Source: a virus. From it: 64,000 nt of DNA. The stretch's first letter is position 1, and each line of letters begins with the position of its first letter. The translations under genes were made by a program, and so were the position numbers. Location: IMG/VR virus record IMGVR_UViG_3300021599_002733. One strand, 5' to 3'. This document shows positions 8,740 to 17,673 of this stretch, piece after piece. The notes under the pieces were generated by a model. The model searched no databases. It had not been told where the DNA came from and was given only the letters and a program-made list of their open reading frames with translations.

Positions 8740-9666
8740 TCATATTCTAGATGATGTTGGGTTAGTATTTGGTAGATTCACAACTGTTTCTGTTCCAATA
8801 GTAACCTTTGATTTACTGTTATATTTCTTGATAGCAGTCATATCTTTTTGGATTGTATCTGGTATGATGTATCCATTTAAAACTAAAGTAAATGAGCTGC
8901 GTACTATACGCTCATCGTCTTGTCTCAACTCTGTGATTGAGTTGAATCCATTGATGTTTGCTTTGAATTTAAAGCGTTCCGGATCTCCCCAATATGAATT
9001 GGAAGCATAGTTGATAGCTTCAACTATTTTGTTTAATTGTTCAATGTAGTATGTTTGTATAATAAAACTATATGTTAATGTAACATAGTCTGGTATAATG
9101 TTAACTACATATTGCTGTGTAGGTACTCTATTGTTAAGCAAGTCAAAGTTAGAGTATGAATTTTTTGGGTTATATGTTTTTTGCCACGAAGTATATAGAT
9201 GTGGTTGGTTAGCATCTAGTTTGTTTGATATGGATTTATTTGGCTCCATACTATCGCGCTTAAACATCATGATCGGGGACATGATTTTCCCATTCACATC
9301 TTTGTAGTATCCGTCTTTTTGAACAGATTTCCACTTTTCGGGAGCGCCGTATATCAACGGAACAGGTATGCGTACACCATTTTGGTGAACAAACGGTTTG
9401 ATAACATTTTCCACGTAATATAGAACAGATTCGTCTATATCCTGTATACCGATGGTAAATGGTTTTGTTGTATCGTCTTTGAATGATAGCTTTTCAGATC
9501 TGTTAAAGTCTACTCCATTTTGCTCATTTGGGGTAAATTGTCTAAAGTCAGAAGGCATGTTAGGATTTCCCAGAGTCTCGCCATTCTCCGGGTTAACATA
9601 CGGGTTAACTTGCTCGTTGGAGATTTCTTTTTGTGACTTTGGTGTAGGTCTTCTGTATTGTGGCAT
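8740..9666 (-). CDS. Tail terminator / sheath stabiliser (T4 gp15-like)
   Basis: VPLIYGAPEKW, P.MMFKR, PDYVTLTYSFII..YIEQLNKIVE, FTLVLNGYI motifs; synteny with neck genes. Confidence 0.75.
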   Translation of the reverse strand: MPQYRRPTPKSQKEISNEQVNPYVNPENGETLGNPNMPSDFRQFTPNEQNGVDFNRSEKLSFKDDTTKPFTIGIQDIDESVLYYVENVIKPFVHQNGVRIPVPLIYGAPEKWKSVQKDGYYKDVNGKIMSPIMMFKRDSMEPNKSISNKLDANQPHLYTSWQKTYNPKNSYSNFDLLNNRVPTQQYVVNIIPDYVTLTYSFIIQTYYIEQLNKIVEAINYASNSYWGDPERFKFKANINGFNSITELRQDDERIVRSSFTLVLNGYIIPDTIQKDMTAIKKYNSKSKVTIGTETVVNLPNTNPTSSRI

Positions 9667-9673
9667 ATCAGGT

Positions 9674-9704
9674 TATAAATATAATACGATTATAAATATT
9701 TATA
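9674..9704. promoter_or_regulatory. Divergent promoter region containing the palindrome TATAAATATTTATA (9691-9704)
   Basis: Window-wide TATTTATA motif present in both orientations between divergent starts at 9666 (-) and 9719 (+). Confidence 0.7.
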
Positions 9705-9718
9705 GTAAATGGATAAAC

Positions 9719-10294
9719 ATGAGTAAAAAACTAGAACAACTTGAGATACAAAAACTGCTCCAAGAATATAGTTTTTTGCTACTGGATGAGGAATATAAGT
9801 TGGAAGTTGTGGACACTAACAAGATGGAGTTTTTAAATAAAGTACGCGAGATTACAGGTGCATTACCTGAACCGCCTCCACCGCCTCCACAAGAGGAGCA
9901 AGATGCTCCACCACCCAAAAAGGAAAAGATAGATCCTTCCACAGTGGATCCTTCCACTAGAGACAAGGTTAAGAAACTCTATAGAGAGATAGCTAAAATC
10001 ACACACCCCGATAAGGTAAATTCAGAGGAACTAGTTGATTTGTATATGCGCGCAACAGTAGCGGCAGAGGAATTTGACTTGTTTACTTTATTTGAGATAT
10101 GCTCTAAATTGCAAATAGAGCATTCAGTGGATGGGGAAGATAAAGAAATTTTAAAGGTCAAAATAGACAAGAAGAAAGATAAACTCAAGAACATTGAAGG
10201 GTCTTTCATATGGTTGTATGCACACGCTAAAACAGAACAAGAAAAACAATTTTTAATTAACCAATTTGCAGAAAAACATGGCAGCAAAATCTAA
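9719..10294 (+). CDS. J-domain (DnaJ-like) co-chaperone; start corrected to ATG at 9719
   Basis: VKKLYREIAKITHPDKV (HPD motif) after a polyproline linker; the longer ORF overlaps the gp15-like gene in antisense. Confidence 0.8.
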   Translation: MSKKLEQLEIQKLLQEYSFLLLDEEYKLEVVDTNKMEFLNKVREITGALPEPPPPPPQEEQDAPPPKKEKIDPSTVDPSTRDKVKKLYREIAKITHPDKVNSEELVDLYMRATVAAEEFDLFTLFEICSKLQIEHSVDGEDKEILKVKIDKKKDKLKNIEGSFIWLYAHAKTEQEKQFLINQFAEKHGSKI

Positions 10295-11522
10295 AAAGAA
10301 GAAAAACAAGCAAGTAAGCAAACCCCAAACTATCAAGATTGGTATCACGTTGGGTTTAAAAGACAACAAGGAATCTATCTGGACAAATGGTATCAAACAG
10401 AATGTGTTGATGATGATCCACATGTTGAAGAATTCCGAGAAGAACTATGAGGTGCATCTATTAAATACCTTGAAAGCAGATTTTTCCACTAAACCATCTT
10501 ACTTGAACGATATAGATGTAAGCTACTTTGAGGACAAGTATTTGGAGATGGATTTGCTTGTGGTTATGGGTGCACAAATCCACAACCACCAAATCGATTC
10601 GTTTAAAAAATCAGGTGCTAACAAAAAGATTGTTGCCTACAAATGTGGAAACAACTATGTGATTGCTATGGAAAATATTTTGTTTGGTGAAAATCCAAAC
10701 AAATCTTACCAGTTTGATGAAGTGTACGATGAGATATGGTACATACCACAACAGGATGAGGTTAACCGCGGTTACTACCATACACTATATCGTACAAACG
10801 CTCTTATTGTTCCGTTCATTTGGCATCACAAGTTTCTTTTAGAAAGTGTAACGGATATTGAGAAAGGTTTCAAACGTGGAACATACAAAAAATCATGGCA
10901 ATACGAGATTGGCAAAGACAAGAAAATATTAGGTATCATGGAGCCGAATTTGAATATCGTTAAGTTTAGTTTGATTCCAACTATGATTGCGGAGGAGTGC
11001 TATCGTGGAGATATTGGTAAAGAACATATAGATAAACTTCGTATCACAAACTCTGAGAAAGTCAAATCACATAAAGAGTTTCTAGCCATGATTGCCACGT
11101 TTGATTTATATAAAGACAATAAGATTTCTGCTGAATCGCGTTATCAAACAGCATATATGTTAACTCAACATTTGGATGTGTTGATTTGTCATCAAATATT
11201 GAACCCACTGAATTACTTGTATTTGGATGCTGCCTTTTTAGGGTATCCAGTGTTGCATAATGCTCCGATGTGTAAGGATCTTGGCTACTATTATGAAGGT
11301 TCAGATACAATAGATGCTGCTAAACAATTGGATTATATTTTAACAGAGCACGATAAGAATATAGATGCATATGATGAGCGTAACGATAAAGTGTTGCAAC
11401 GTTACCATGCAGACAATATGGATATTGTTAAAACATACGATAAGCTAATTGAGAATTTGTTTAATGGTGGAAACCATGGGTTGGTATACAATCCAAGTAC
11501 AAACTTGTACGATAACTTGTAG
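10278..11522 (+). CDS. DUF2827-like protein (putative GT-B glycosyltransferase)
   Basis: SIWTNGIKQN, CGNNYV, EPNLNIVK...P, HQILNPLNYLYLDA..LGYPVLHNA..DLGYYY motifs. Confidence 0.75.
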   Translation: MAAKSKKKKNKQVSKPQTIKIGITLGLKDNKESIWTNGIKQNVLMMIHMLKNSEKNYEVHLLNTLKADFSTKPSYLNDIDVSYFEDKYLEMDLLVVMGAQIHNHQIDSFKKSGANKKIVAYKCGNNYVIAMENILFGENPNKSYQFDEVYDEIWYIPQQDEVNRGYYHTLYRTNALIVPFIWHHKFLLESVTDIEKGFKRGTYKKSWQYEIGKDKKILGIMEPNLNIVKFSLIPTMIAEECYRGDIGKEHIDKLRITNSEKVKSHKEFLAMIATFDLYKDNKISAESRYQTAYMLTQHLDVLICHQILNPLNYLYLDAAFLGYPVLHNAPMCKDLGYYYEGSDTIDAAKQLDYILTEHDKNIDAYDERNDKVLQRYHADNMDIVKTYDKLIENLFNGGNHGLVYNPSTNLYDNL

Positions 11523-11535
11523 AATATATGTAGGG

Positions 11536-11569
11536 AAAAGGAAGGGAACGCGTTTGCGTTCCCTTTTTT
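11536..11569. terminator. Intrinsic terminator between convergent genes (probably bidirectional)
   Basis: AAGGGAACGC-GTTT-GCGTTCCCTT followed by a T-run, with an A-run on the other side. Confidence 0.85.
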
Positions 11570-11579
11570 CTATGTTTCA

Positions 11580-12233
11580 TTAAAACTGGTAGTCAAATAA
11601 ATCCATATAAAATTTAAAGTGTTTTTCAACTAAGTTTTTTGTCTCCTCTGTATACATTTTTTTCCAATCTTTATCGGGTCTTCTTTTATTCTTTTTATAT
11701 TCAGATAATTCTCTTGTTGGTTCGGGTAGATTTAACTTAATCAATAGTTTGTTTATATCACTATCCAAGTTTTCAAATCTTACAATCTCATCAACGATAA
11801 ATTGATTATCAATATACATTAGATCCCAATATTTTTTAGACAAATCCTCAACCACATTAGTTGTTAATAGATAATCCTCAAAAGACATTTCAACTCTACT
11901 ATATAAATCAAATGTTGGTTTGAAATAGTAATGACTAACCATCATATCAAATGGGTTTCTAACATTTATAATTTTTGTATATGAATTGAATTTTTCCTCA
12001 CCAATACTATTTTTTATTTTGTATGGTGGCATATGGTTATAGAACTCTGACATTTCAGCTAACATCTGATTCATTCTAGTTCCGATTATACCTTCTTCGG
12101 TTTGGGTCATTTCTCTACCGTGACTTTCCTCTATGTGAGATACACAATATGGTTCTAAAAATATTTCAGTACTTGTTCCTGCTGTCTTTATACTTTTGAT
12201 AAAAATGAATTTGTGTTTATGAGATACTAACAT
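11580..12233 (-). CDS. Sulfotransferase family 2 (carbohydrate sulfotransferase-like)
   Basis: MLVSHKHKFIFIKSIKTAGTS, VRNPFDMMVSHY, VRFENLDSD, D..LFDYQF. Confidence 0.88.
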   Translation of the reverse strand: MLVSHKHKFIFIKSIKTAGTSTEIFLEPYCVSHIEESHGREMTQTEEGIIGTRMNQMLAEMSEFYNHMPPYKIKNSIGEEKFNSYTKIINVRNPFDMMVSHYYFKPTFDLYSRVEMSFEDYLLTTNVVEDLSKKYWDLMYIDNQFIVDEIVRFENLDSDINKLLIKLNLPEPTRELSEYKKNKRRPDKDWKKMYTEETKNLVEKHFKFYMDLFDYQF

Positions 12234-12238
12234 TGTTT

Positions 12239-12805
12239 TTAATTTTCGGTTTTATTATGGTGTCCAAATTGAGTGGATTTTATTTCAATATATTCAGAGA
12301 AAAACTCTATTAATTTATGTGATTCACTTTCAATATCAAACACTAGTAAATCTTTTGGTCTGTCTTTAAAGTATTCTTGAACTGAAGTTATATGGTCGTT
12401 CCATTGTTTTTTCCAATGTTCAATAACACCATTTTCATCCAACCCTGTTATTCTTTGAAAAACTTTAAGATAGTTTTGATGTTTGATTCTTGATTGTATC
12501 CATTTATCTACTGGTCTTAGGTTTAAGATAAATTTTGAGTTTGGGTATTGTTTATCCAATTCTTTAAAGTGGGTTAGATATATGAATGTGTTACTTTGTA
12601 CTTCTTCCATATCTGTAAAACAATCATAATCCTCGTATCCTCTTAAAAGTGGTTGATTTGTTTCGTGGTTTCTTTTAATGGTTGTTGCTAACATACTCAT
12701 ACCCCAATGAATTGACTGTAAGCCATTTTCTTCAAAGAAGTGATGTATGGATAAGGTTCCACATTTGTTAAACCCTATTTGAAATATTTTATTTATTTTC
12801 TCCAT
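12239..12805 (-). CDS. Sulfotransferase-domain protein
   Basis: KIFQIGFNKCGTLS, YPNSKFILNLRPVDKWIQS, YFKDRPKDLLVFDI. Confidence 0.82.
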   Translation of the reverse strand: MEKINKIFQIGFNKCGTLSIHHFFEENGLQSIHWGMSMLATTIKRNHETNQPLLRGYEDYDCFTDMEEVQSNTFIYLTHFKELDKQYPNSKFILNLRPVDKWIQSRIKHQNYLKVFQRITGLDENGVIEHWKKQWNDHITSVQEYFKDRPKDLLVFDIESESHKLIEFFSEYIEIKSTQFGHHNKTEN

Positions 12806-13403
12806 TTTTTAAAATGTCTCTTGCTTTTGGTATTTGTGTTTTAAAATCCCAGTTATTTTGACGAAATATTATTTTTTTACTAAATATTCCAATGATATCA
12901 TCATTTGCTATCAACTCCGCAATTCTATAATCAACGTGTGTTATTGGTTCACCTAATTGATCTAATATTTTATTAACACTTAATGGGTTTATAATATATC
13001 CGTGCATTCCAATAAATCTATTGAGTTTAACAAACGTATCACAAATCTCTTTTTTACTAAAGTCTTCGTGGTGTGGAAAATACCCAATAACCATTATATC
13101 CCATTGATGTTCTGTTTTTAATAGTTCATCAATATGATTTAGATAATTGTTATCTCTTGGAGTTGAATCATCTTCTAAAATTAGTAATGGTACACCTTTA
13201 CAAGAACCAATTATTTTTCTATGTGATTCAAATGTTGCGACTGCCTCTCTTGATAATAATTCAGGTTTATTTTCAAATAACTTTTCATCAATATCCTTTG
13301 GGGACAATGCTTCAAAAAAGGAGAATGAAGCCCCAGATAATTGGGACTTCATATACTCTCTTCTTTTTGTTTCGGTTTTAAGATTTAAAACTTTGATTTC
13401 CAT
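12789..13403 (-). CDS. Glycosyltransferase family 25 (start probably at MEIKVLNL)
   Basis: VLNL....KRR, FFEA, SHRKI, LILEDD, HGYIINP, VD motifs of GT25. Confidence 0.85.
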   Translation of the reverse strand: MEIKVLNLKTETKRREYMKSQLSGASFSFFEALSPKDIDEKLFENKPELLSREAVATFESHRKIIGSCKGVPLLILEDDSTPRDNNYLNHIDELLKTEHQWDIMVIGYFPHHEDFSKKEICDTFVKLNRFIGMHGYIINPLSVNKILDQLGEPITHVDYRIAELIANDDIIGIFSKKIIFRQNNWDFKTQIPKARDILKNGENK

Positions 13404-13410
13404 TGTTTGA

Positions 13411-14079
13411 TTAACCGATTGTAGTTGCACCTTTGATTCGGAGTTTTCCTGTTATGTTGATTCCTCCGTTACCTCCAGTTAAATCTAAACCAATTAAATT
13501 CCATCCTTTACCTACCAACGCATCGTAATCTGCTGTTCCAGCCGATGTTCTACCATTGATTGTAAAGAATTGACCATTTTCAACACCATTGGCATTAAGT
13601 TGATCCAATATTGAATTGTTGGATACCGCAGTCATTGGGTTAGTTAATGTTCCATATGCATCGGCCAAATATAAATTAGTTAAGGATACCATAGGAGAAA
13701 CATCTAATGATGTTAAGAGGTTACCAAATAAAACCAAATAATTTAAACCTGATAGACCTGTACCATTAAATGAGGTTAATTGGTTATTACCTAAATCCAA
13801 ATAATTTAAACCTGATAGACCTGTACCATTAAATGAGGTTAATTGGTTATCATATAAATACAAATAAGTTATATTCCCACTAACTGTTCCATCAGATAAA
13901 CATGGAATGATTGTGAATTCACCATTTGCATTTGCTACAGTAATAGTTTGATTACCACTATATTGGTTAAATACACTTGAATCAGATCCATCGTGATTAT
14001 ATTTCCAATATCCTGTTGATGTTTGAACATAAATGGTAATGTCTTGACCAACTGCTTTGGATGTTATGAATGTTGCCAT
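13411..14079 (-). CDS. Leucine-rich-repeat surface-type protein
   Basis: 21-aa LRRs (YLDLGNNQLTSFNGTGLSGLN), L..KGW C-cap. Confidence 0.85.
   Translation of the reverse strand: MATFITSKAVGQDITIYVQTSTGYWKYNHDGSDSSVFNQYSGNQTITVANANGEFTIIPCLSDGTVSGNITYLYLYDNQLTSFNGTGLSGLNYLDLGNNQLTSFNGTGLSGLNYLVLFGNLLTSLDVSPMVSLTNLYLADAYGTLTNPMTAVSNNSILDQLNANGVENGQFFTINGRTSAGTADYDALVGKGWNLIGLDLTGGNGGINITGKLRIKGATTIG
13735..13855 (-). repeat. 63-nt near-perfect tandem duplication in the LRR gene
   Basis: aaataatttaaacctgatagacctgtaccattaaatgaggttaattggttat occurs twice, 63 nt apart. Confidence 0.9.
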
Positions 14080-14121
14080 AGTTTTTTATTTTTTTAAACG
14101 TTTAATTTATTATAATTATTT

Positions 14122-14191
14122 AAAAAACATCAAGGAGCGTCCCCCTTGATGTAATTTTGTTTAGATATTGGGAGGAGTATTTCATCCTCCC
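14122..14191 (-). terminator. Two hairpins after the coiled-coil fibre gene; the distal one is an intrinsic terminator
   Basis: GGGAGGA-N8-TCCTCCC (14170-14191) and ACATCAAGG-N8-CCTTGATGT plus T-run on the minus strand (14122-14152). Confidence 0.7.
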
Positions 14192-14216
14192 TTTATCTTG
14201 TTTTAATCGTTATGGA

Positions 14217-17200
14217 TTAATATACTCCGTAGATCACTACTTTATCACCTGTTTCAGGTGCTGAAGTAAAATTAAATGTACCACCCCCACTATAGGTGTA
14301 ATCTACACCAGCCTCTTGTAATAGACCGTTTAGGTATACTGTATCTGAGCCAGCTCTAATACCAGTTTCCAATTGAAACTCAACGTTTGTTCCATTGATA
14401 GCCCCAGTGTAAGATGCTCTCTTGAAGTAAATTGCTTCAACATCATCCACCAATGCTGACAATTCAGTTGAAATTTCAGCAAATGAATCAATTGATGTAA
14501 GATCTGTGTTAGCGATTAGGTAAGATACTTCAGTAGACAATGCAACTTCCAATGAATCCTCAGCTGCTTCAGCACGAGATACTTCAGAAGAAATAGCCGC
14601 CATCACGTCAACACCACCAACAGTTAATGTATCACTAACTTCAACATTACTGTTGAATGTGTACATTCCAGATGCAGGAGCAGCAATAGCAGCTTTCAAA
14701 CGGATTGTGTTAGTTGCAGTGTCAAGACTGATTGTAGCGTTATCAACATCAGCTAAACTATCAATGTCAGAAGACAATTGAGCTTCCAATGAAGTGTCAA
14801 CAGATGTAAGTGAAACAACTTGTGAAGATATTTCAGTTGACAATGATTCATCACCAGCGATACGTGATGATTCTTCAGCAGATACAGCAGCAGCTCTATC
14901 AACGATTTCAGTTGAAAGGTTTGCAGCGATTGAACCTTCAGCAGCAATAGCTCTTGATTCTTCAGCGTCAACGTCAGCGATACGAGCAGATGTTTCAGCA
15001 GACAAGTCAGATGCCAATGAACCATCAGCAGCAACACGTAAAGATGCTTCTGTAGATACAGCAGATTCACGGTTAGCAATCTCAGAAGACAAATCAGAAG
15101 TCAATACTGCTTCAGCAGACATTGCTCTTGTTTCCTCAGCGTTAACATCAGAGATACGAGCTTCAATTTCACTTGACAAGTCAAGAGCAACAGATGCATC
15201 ACCTGAGATACGTGCAACCTCTTCAGTAGAGATAGCAGCTTCACGGTCAGCGATTTCTGAAGATAGGTCTCCAGCAATTGAATTATCAGCGGCCAAACGG
15301 ATAGATGCCTCATTGTCAACAGCTGCAGTAGCTGCAGTAGCCAATGAAGTGATAGCTCCGTTCAAGTCGCCATCTGCGCTTTGGAATGCTCCAACAATCT
15401 CAGTCAATGAATCAATTGCAGCAGGGTCTGTGTTAGAGATTACAAAATCAACTTTTGTATTCAATGACAATTCAGCACTTGTAGCACGAGATGCTTCAGC
15501 AGACAAATTAGAAGCCAATGAACCTTCAGCAGCGATAGCTCTTGATTCTTCAGCGTCAACATCAGCGATACGAAGCGATGCTTCAGCGTCGATATTGTTT
15601 TGAAGTGAAATTTCACCAACTACTCTTGTAGATGCTTCAGCAGAAATAGCTGAATCTACAGATGCGTTAGCGTTTGATAGGTCAGTACCAATTTTAGTTT
15701 CCAATGAACCTTCAGCAGCTGTAGCACGAGATGCTTCAGCAGACAAGTCAGATGCAAGAGATGCATCACCAGATACTCTTGAAGATGCTTCAGCAGATAC
15801 TGCAGCAGCTCTATCAACTAGTTCAGAAGAAAGGTTAGATGCGATAGAAGCGTCACCAGCAACACGAGCAGAAGCTTCAGCAGATACTGCAGCAGCACGA
15901 TCAACGATTTCTGTTGAAAGGTTAGATGCGATAGAAGCATCAGCAGCTAAACGGATAGAAGCCTCAGCTGAATCAGCAGCAGCCATTGCTGTAGCTAATG
16001 AACCTTCAGCAGCGATTGCACGAGATTCTTCAGCGTCAACGTCTGCAATACGAGCAGAAGTTTCTGAAGATAGGTCAGCAGTGATTGATTGGTCAGCAGC
16101 CAAACGAGTTGAAGCTTCAGCAGATACTGCAGCAGCACGATCAACTAGTTCAGTTGAAAGACCAGCAGCAATTGAAGCATCACCTGATACTCTTGCAGAT
16201 TCCTCAGCAGATACTGCAGATGTTCTATCAACGATTTCAGTTGACAAGTTAGCAGCGATTGAAGCGTCAGCAGCAACACGACCTTCTTGTTCTTGAACAA
16301 GTTTGTAGTCAGCTACAGCAACTACAGATGCATCAGCAATTGACATTTGTTCCATCAATGAGCTGTCCATTTCATCAACATACATTTCCAATGAATACTC
16401 AGCGCTTGCAGCACGAGCAATTTCAGAAGACAAATCAGAAGCCAATGAACCTTCAGCAGCTGTAGCACGAGATGCTTCAGCAGATACTGCAGCTTCACGG
16501 TTTGCTGTTTCTGTAGACAAATCAGCGTTAACTGAAGCGTCACCTGAAATACGAGCAGCTTCTTCCAAAGATACTGCAGATTCGCGGTCAGCGATTTCTG
16601 AAGAAAGATCACCTGCGATTGACTGGTCAGCAGCCAAACGAATAGATGCTTCATTATCAACAGCTGTTGTTGCTGCAGTAGCCAAAGATGTGATAGCACC
16701 ATTTAGGTCACCATCAGCTGATTGGAACGCTCCAACGATTTCAGTCAATGAATCAATTGCTGCAGGATCAACGTTAGAGATAACGTAATCTACTTTAGTG
16801 TTTAATGAAGTTTCTGCACTTGTTGCACGAGATACTTCTGCAGACAATGCTGTGTTGATAGAAGCATCAGCTACACTCATTGCAGCCGCTACTGACTCAT
16901 CACCAACAATACGTAAAGATGCTTCAGCATCAATGTTATTTTGTAATGAAGTTTCAGCAACAATTGCACGTGATTCCTCAGCGTCAACGTCTGCGATACG
17001 GTTAGCTACTTCTGTAGAAAGGTTAGCTGCAAGTGATTCGTCACCAGCAACACGAGAAGATGCTTCAGCAGATACTGCTGCTGCGCGGCTAGATGCTTCA
17101 GAAGAAAGATCTGCAGCTACAGATGCATCACCAGCGATACGGTTAGATACCTCAGCGGACATATCAACGCTAGCTTGAGTATCAATGGATGTTACAACGG

Positions 17201-17309
17201 ATTGTAAACCATCGATATCAGCAACGACGATACCAACTGGGGCAGTAATTTGTGCGTTGTCCAATATTAAATCGGACTGTCTATTTAAGACAATTTTAGT
17301 TTCTGCCAT
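14217..17309 (-). CDS. Long Ala/Ser-rich coiled-coil fibre (whisker/neck-appendage-like) with C-terminal beta domain
   Basis: Alternating 18- and 11-aa E..(.)R units, DPAAIDSLTEI neck motifs, C-terminal VYLNGLLQ..G.DY domain. Confidence 0.8.
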   Translation of the reverse strand: MAETKIVLNRQSDLILDNAQITAPVGIVVADIDGLQSVVTSIDTQASVDMSAEVSNRIAGDASVAADLSSEASSRAAAVSAEASSRVAGDESLAANLSTEVANRIADVDAEESRAIVAETSLQNNIDAEASLRIVGDESVAAAMSVADASINTALSAEVSRATSAETSLNTKVDYVISNVDPAAIDSLTEIVGAFQSADGDLNGAITSLATAATTAVDNEASIRLAADQSIAGDLSSEIADRESAVSLEEAARISGDASVNADLSTETANREAAVSAEASRATAAEGSLASDLSSEIARAASAEYSLEMYVDEMDSSLMEQMSIADASVVAVADYKLVQEQEGRVAADASIAANLSTEIVDRTSAVSAEESARVSGDASIAAGLSTELVDRAAAVSAEASTRLAADQSITADLSSETSARIADVDAEESRAIAAEGSLATAMAAADSAEASIRLAADASIASNLSTEIVDRAAAVSAEASARVAGDASIASNLSSELVDRAAAVSAEASSRVSGDASLASDLSAEASRATAAEGSLETKIGTDLSNANASVDSAISAEASTRVVGEISLQNNIDAEASLRIADVDAEESRAIAAEGSLASNLSAEASRATSAELSLNTKVDFVISNTDPAAIDSLTEIVGAFQSADGDLNGAITSLATAATAAVDNEASIRLAADNSIAGDLSSEIADREAAISTEEVARISGDASVALDLSSEIEARISDVNAEETRAMSAEAVLTSDLSSEIANRESAVSTEASLRVAADGSLASDLSAETSARIADVDAEESRAIAAEGSIAANLSTEIVDRAAAVSAEESSRIAGDESLSTEISSQVVSLTSVDTSLEAQLSSDIDSLADVDNATISLDTATNTIRLKAAIAAPASGMYTFNSNVEVSDTLTVGGVDVMAAISSEVSRAEAAEDSLEVALSTEVSYLIANTDLTSIDSFAEISTELSALVDDVEAIYFKRASYTGAINGTNVEFQLETGIRAGSDTVYLNGLLQEAGVDYTYSGGGTFNFTSAPETGDKVVIYGVY

Positions 17310-17405
17310 TTTTTTTAAGTTTTAAACAGTTAAATAAATAAATAAAAGTGTGAACCAGAGTGTTTCCCTTAAATTTTTGACAATAAAATCCTATAAAGGA
17401 AAATA

Positions 17406-17636
17406 TTACCTGTTAAATAAGAGGTTTTTAAGGTTCTTTATGGCGTTTGTATAAGCCAAAGGTTCGCACGAACCCGTTTCTGTTAAATACTCATCTACAT
17501 GGGATAGTAGTTCGGGACTAGATACAAATACGAATGTAGATTTTTTGCTTGATTTTTCTACGGTGAATTTGTGCCCCTTGATCTTAAGGTAGGCTGTTAA
17601 ATATAAATCTGATGTTGAATATACTTCTGGATTCAT
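17406..17636 (-). CDS. DUF5659-like small protein
   Basis: YSTSDLYLTAYLKIKG...TFVF...Y..AIKNLK pattern. Confidence 0.65.
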   Translation of the reverse strand: MNPEVYSTSDLYLTAYLKIKGHKFTVEKSSKKSTFVFVSSPELLSHVDEYLTETGSCEPLAYTNAIKNLKNLLFNR

Positions 17637-17673
17637 CTAAATAGTCTTGTTTTATTATACGTATGAAGGATTT

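Noticed and set aside
9452-9718. N-terminal extension of the J-domain ORF
   Set aside because: Overlaps the gp15-like gene in antisense; the ATG at 9719 follows the promoter motif
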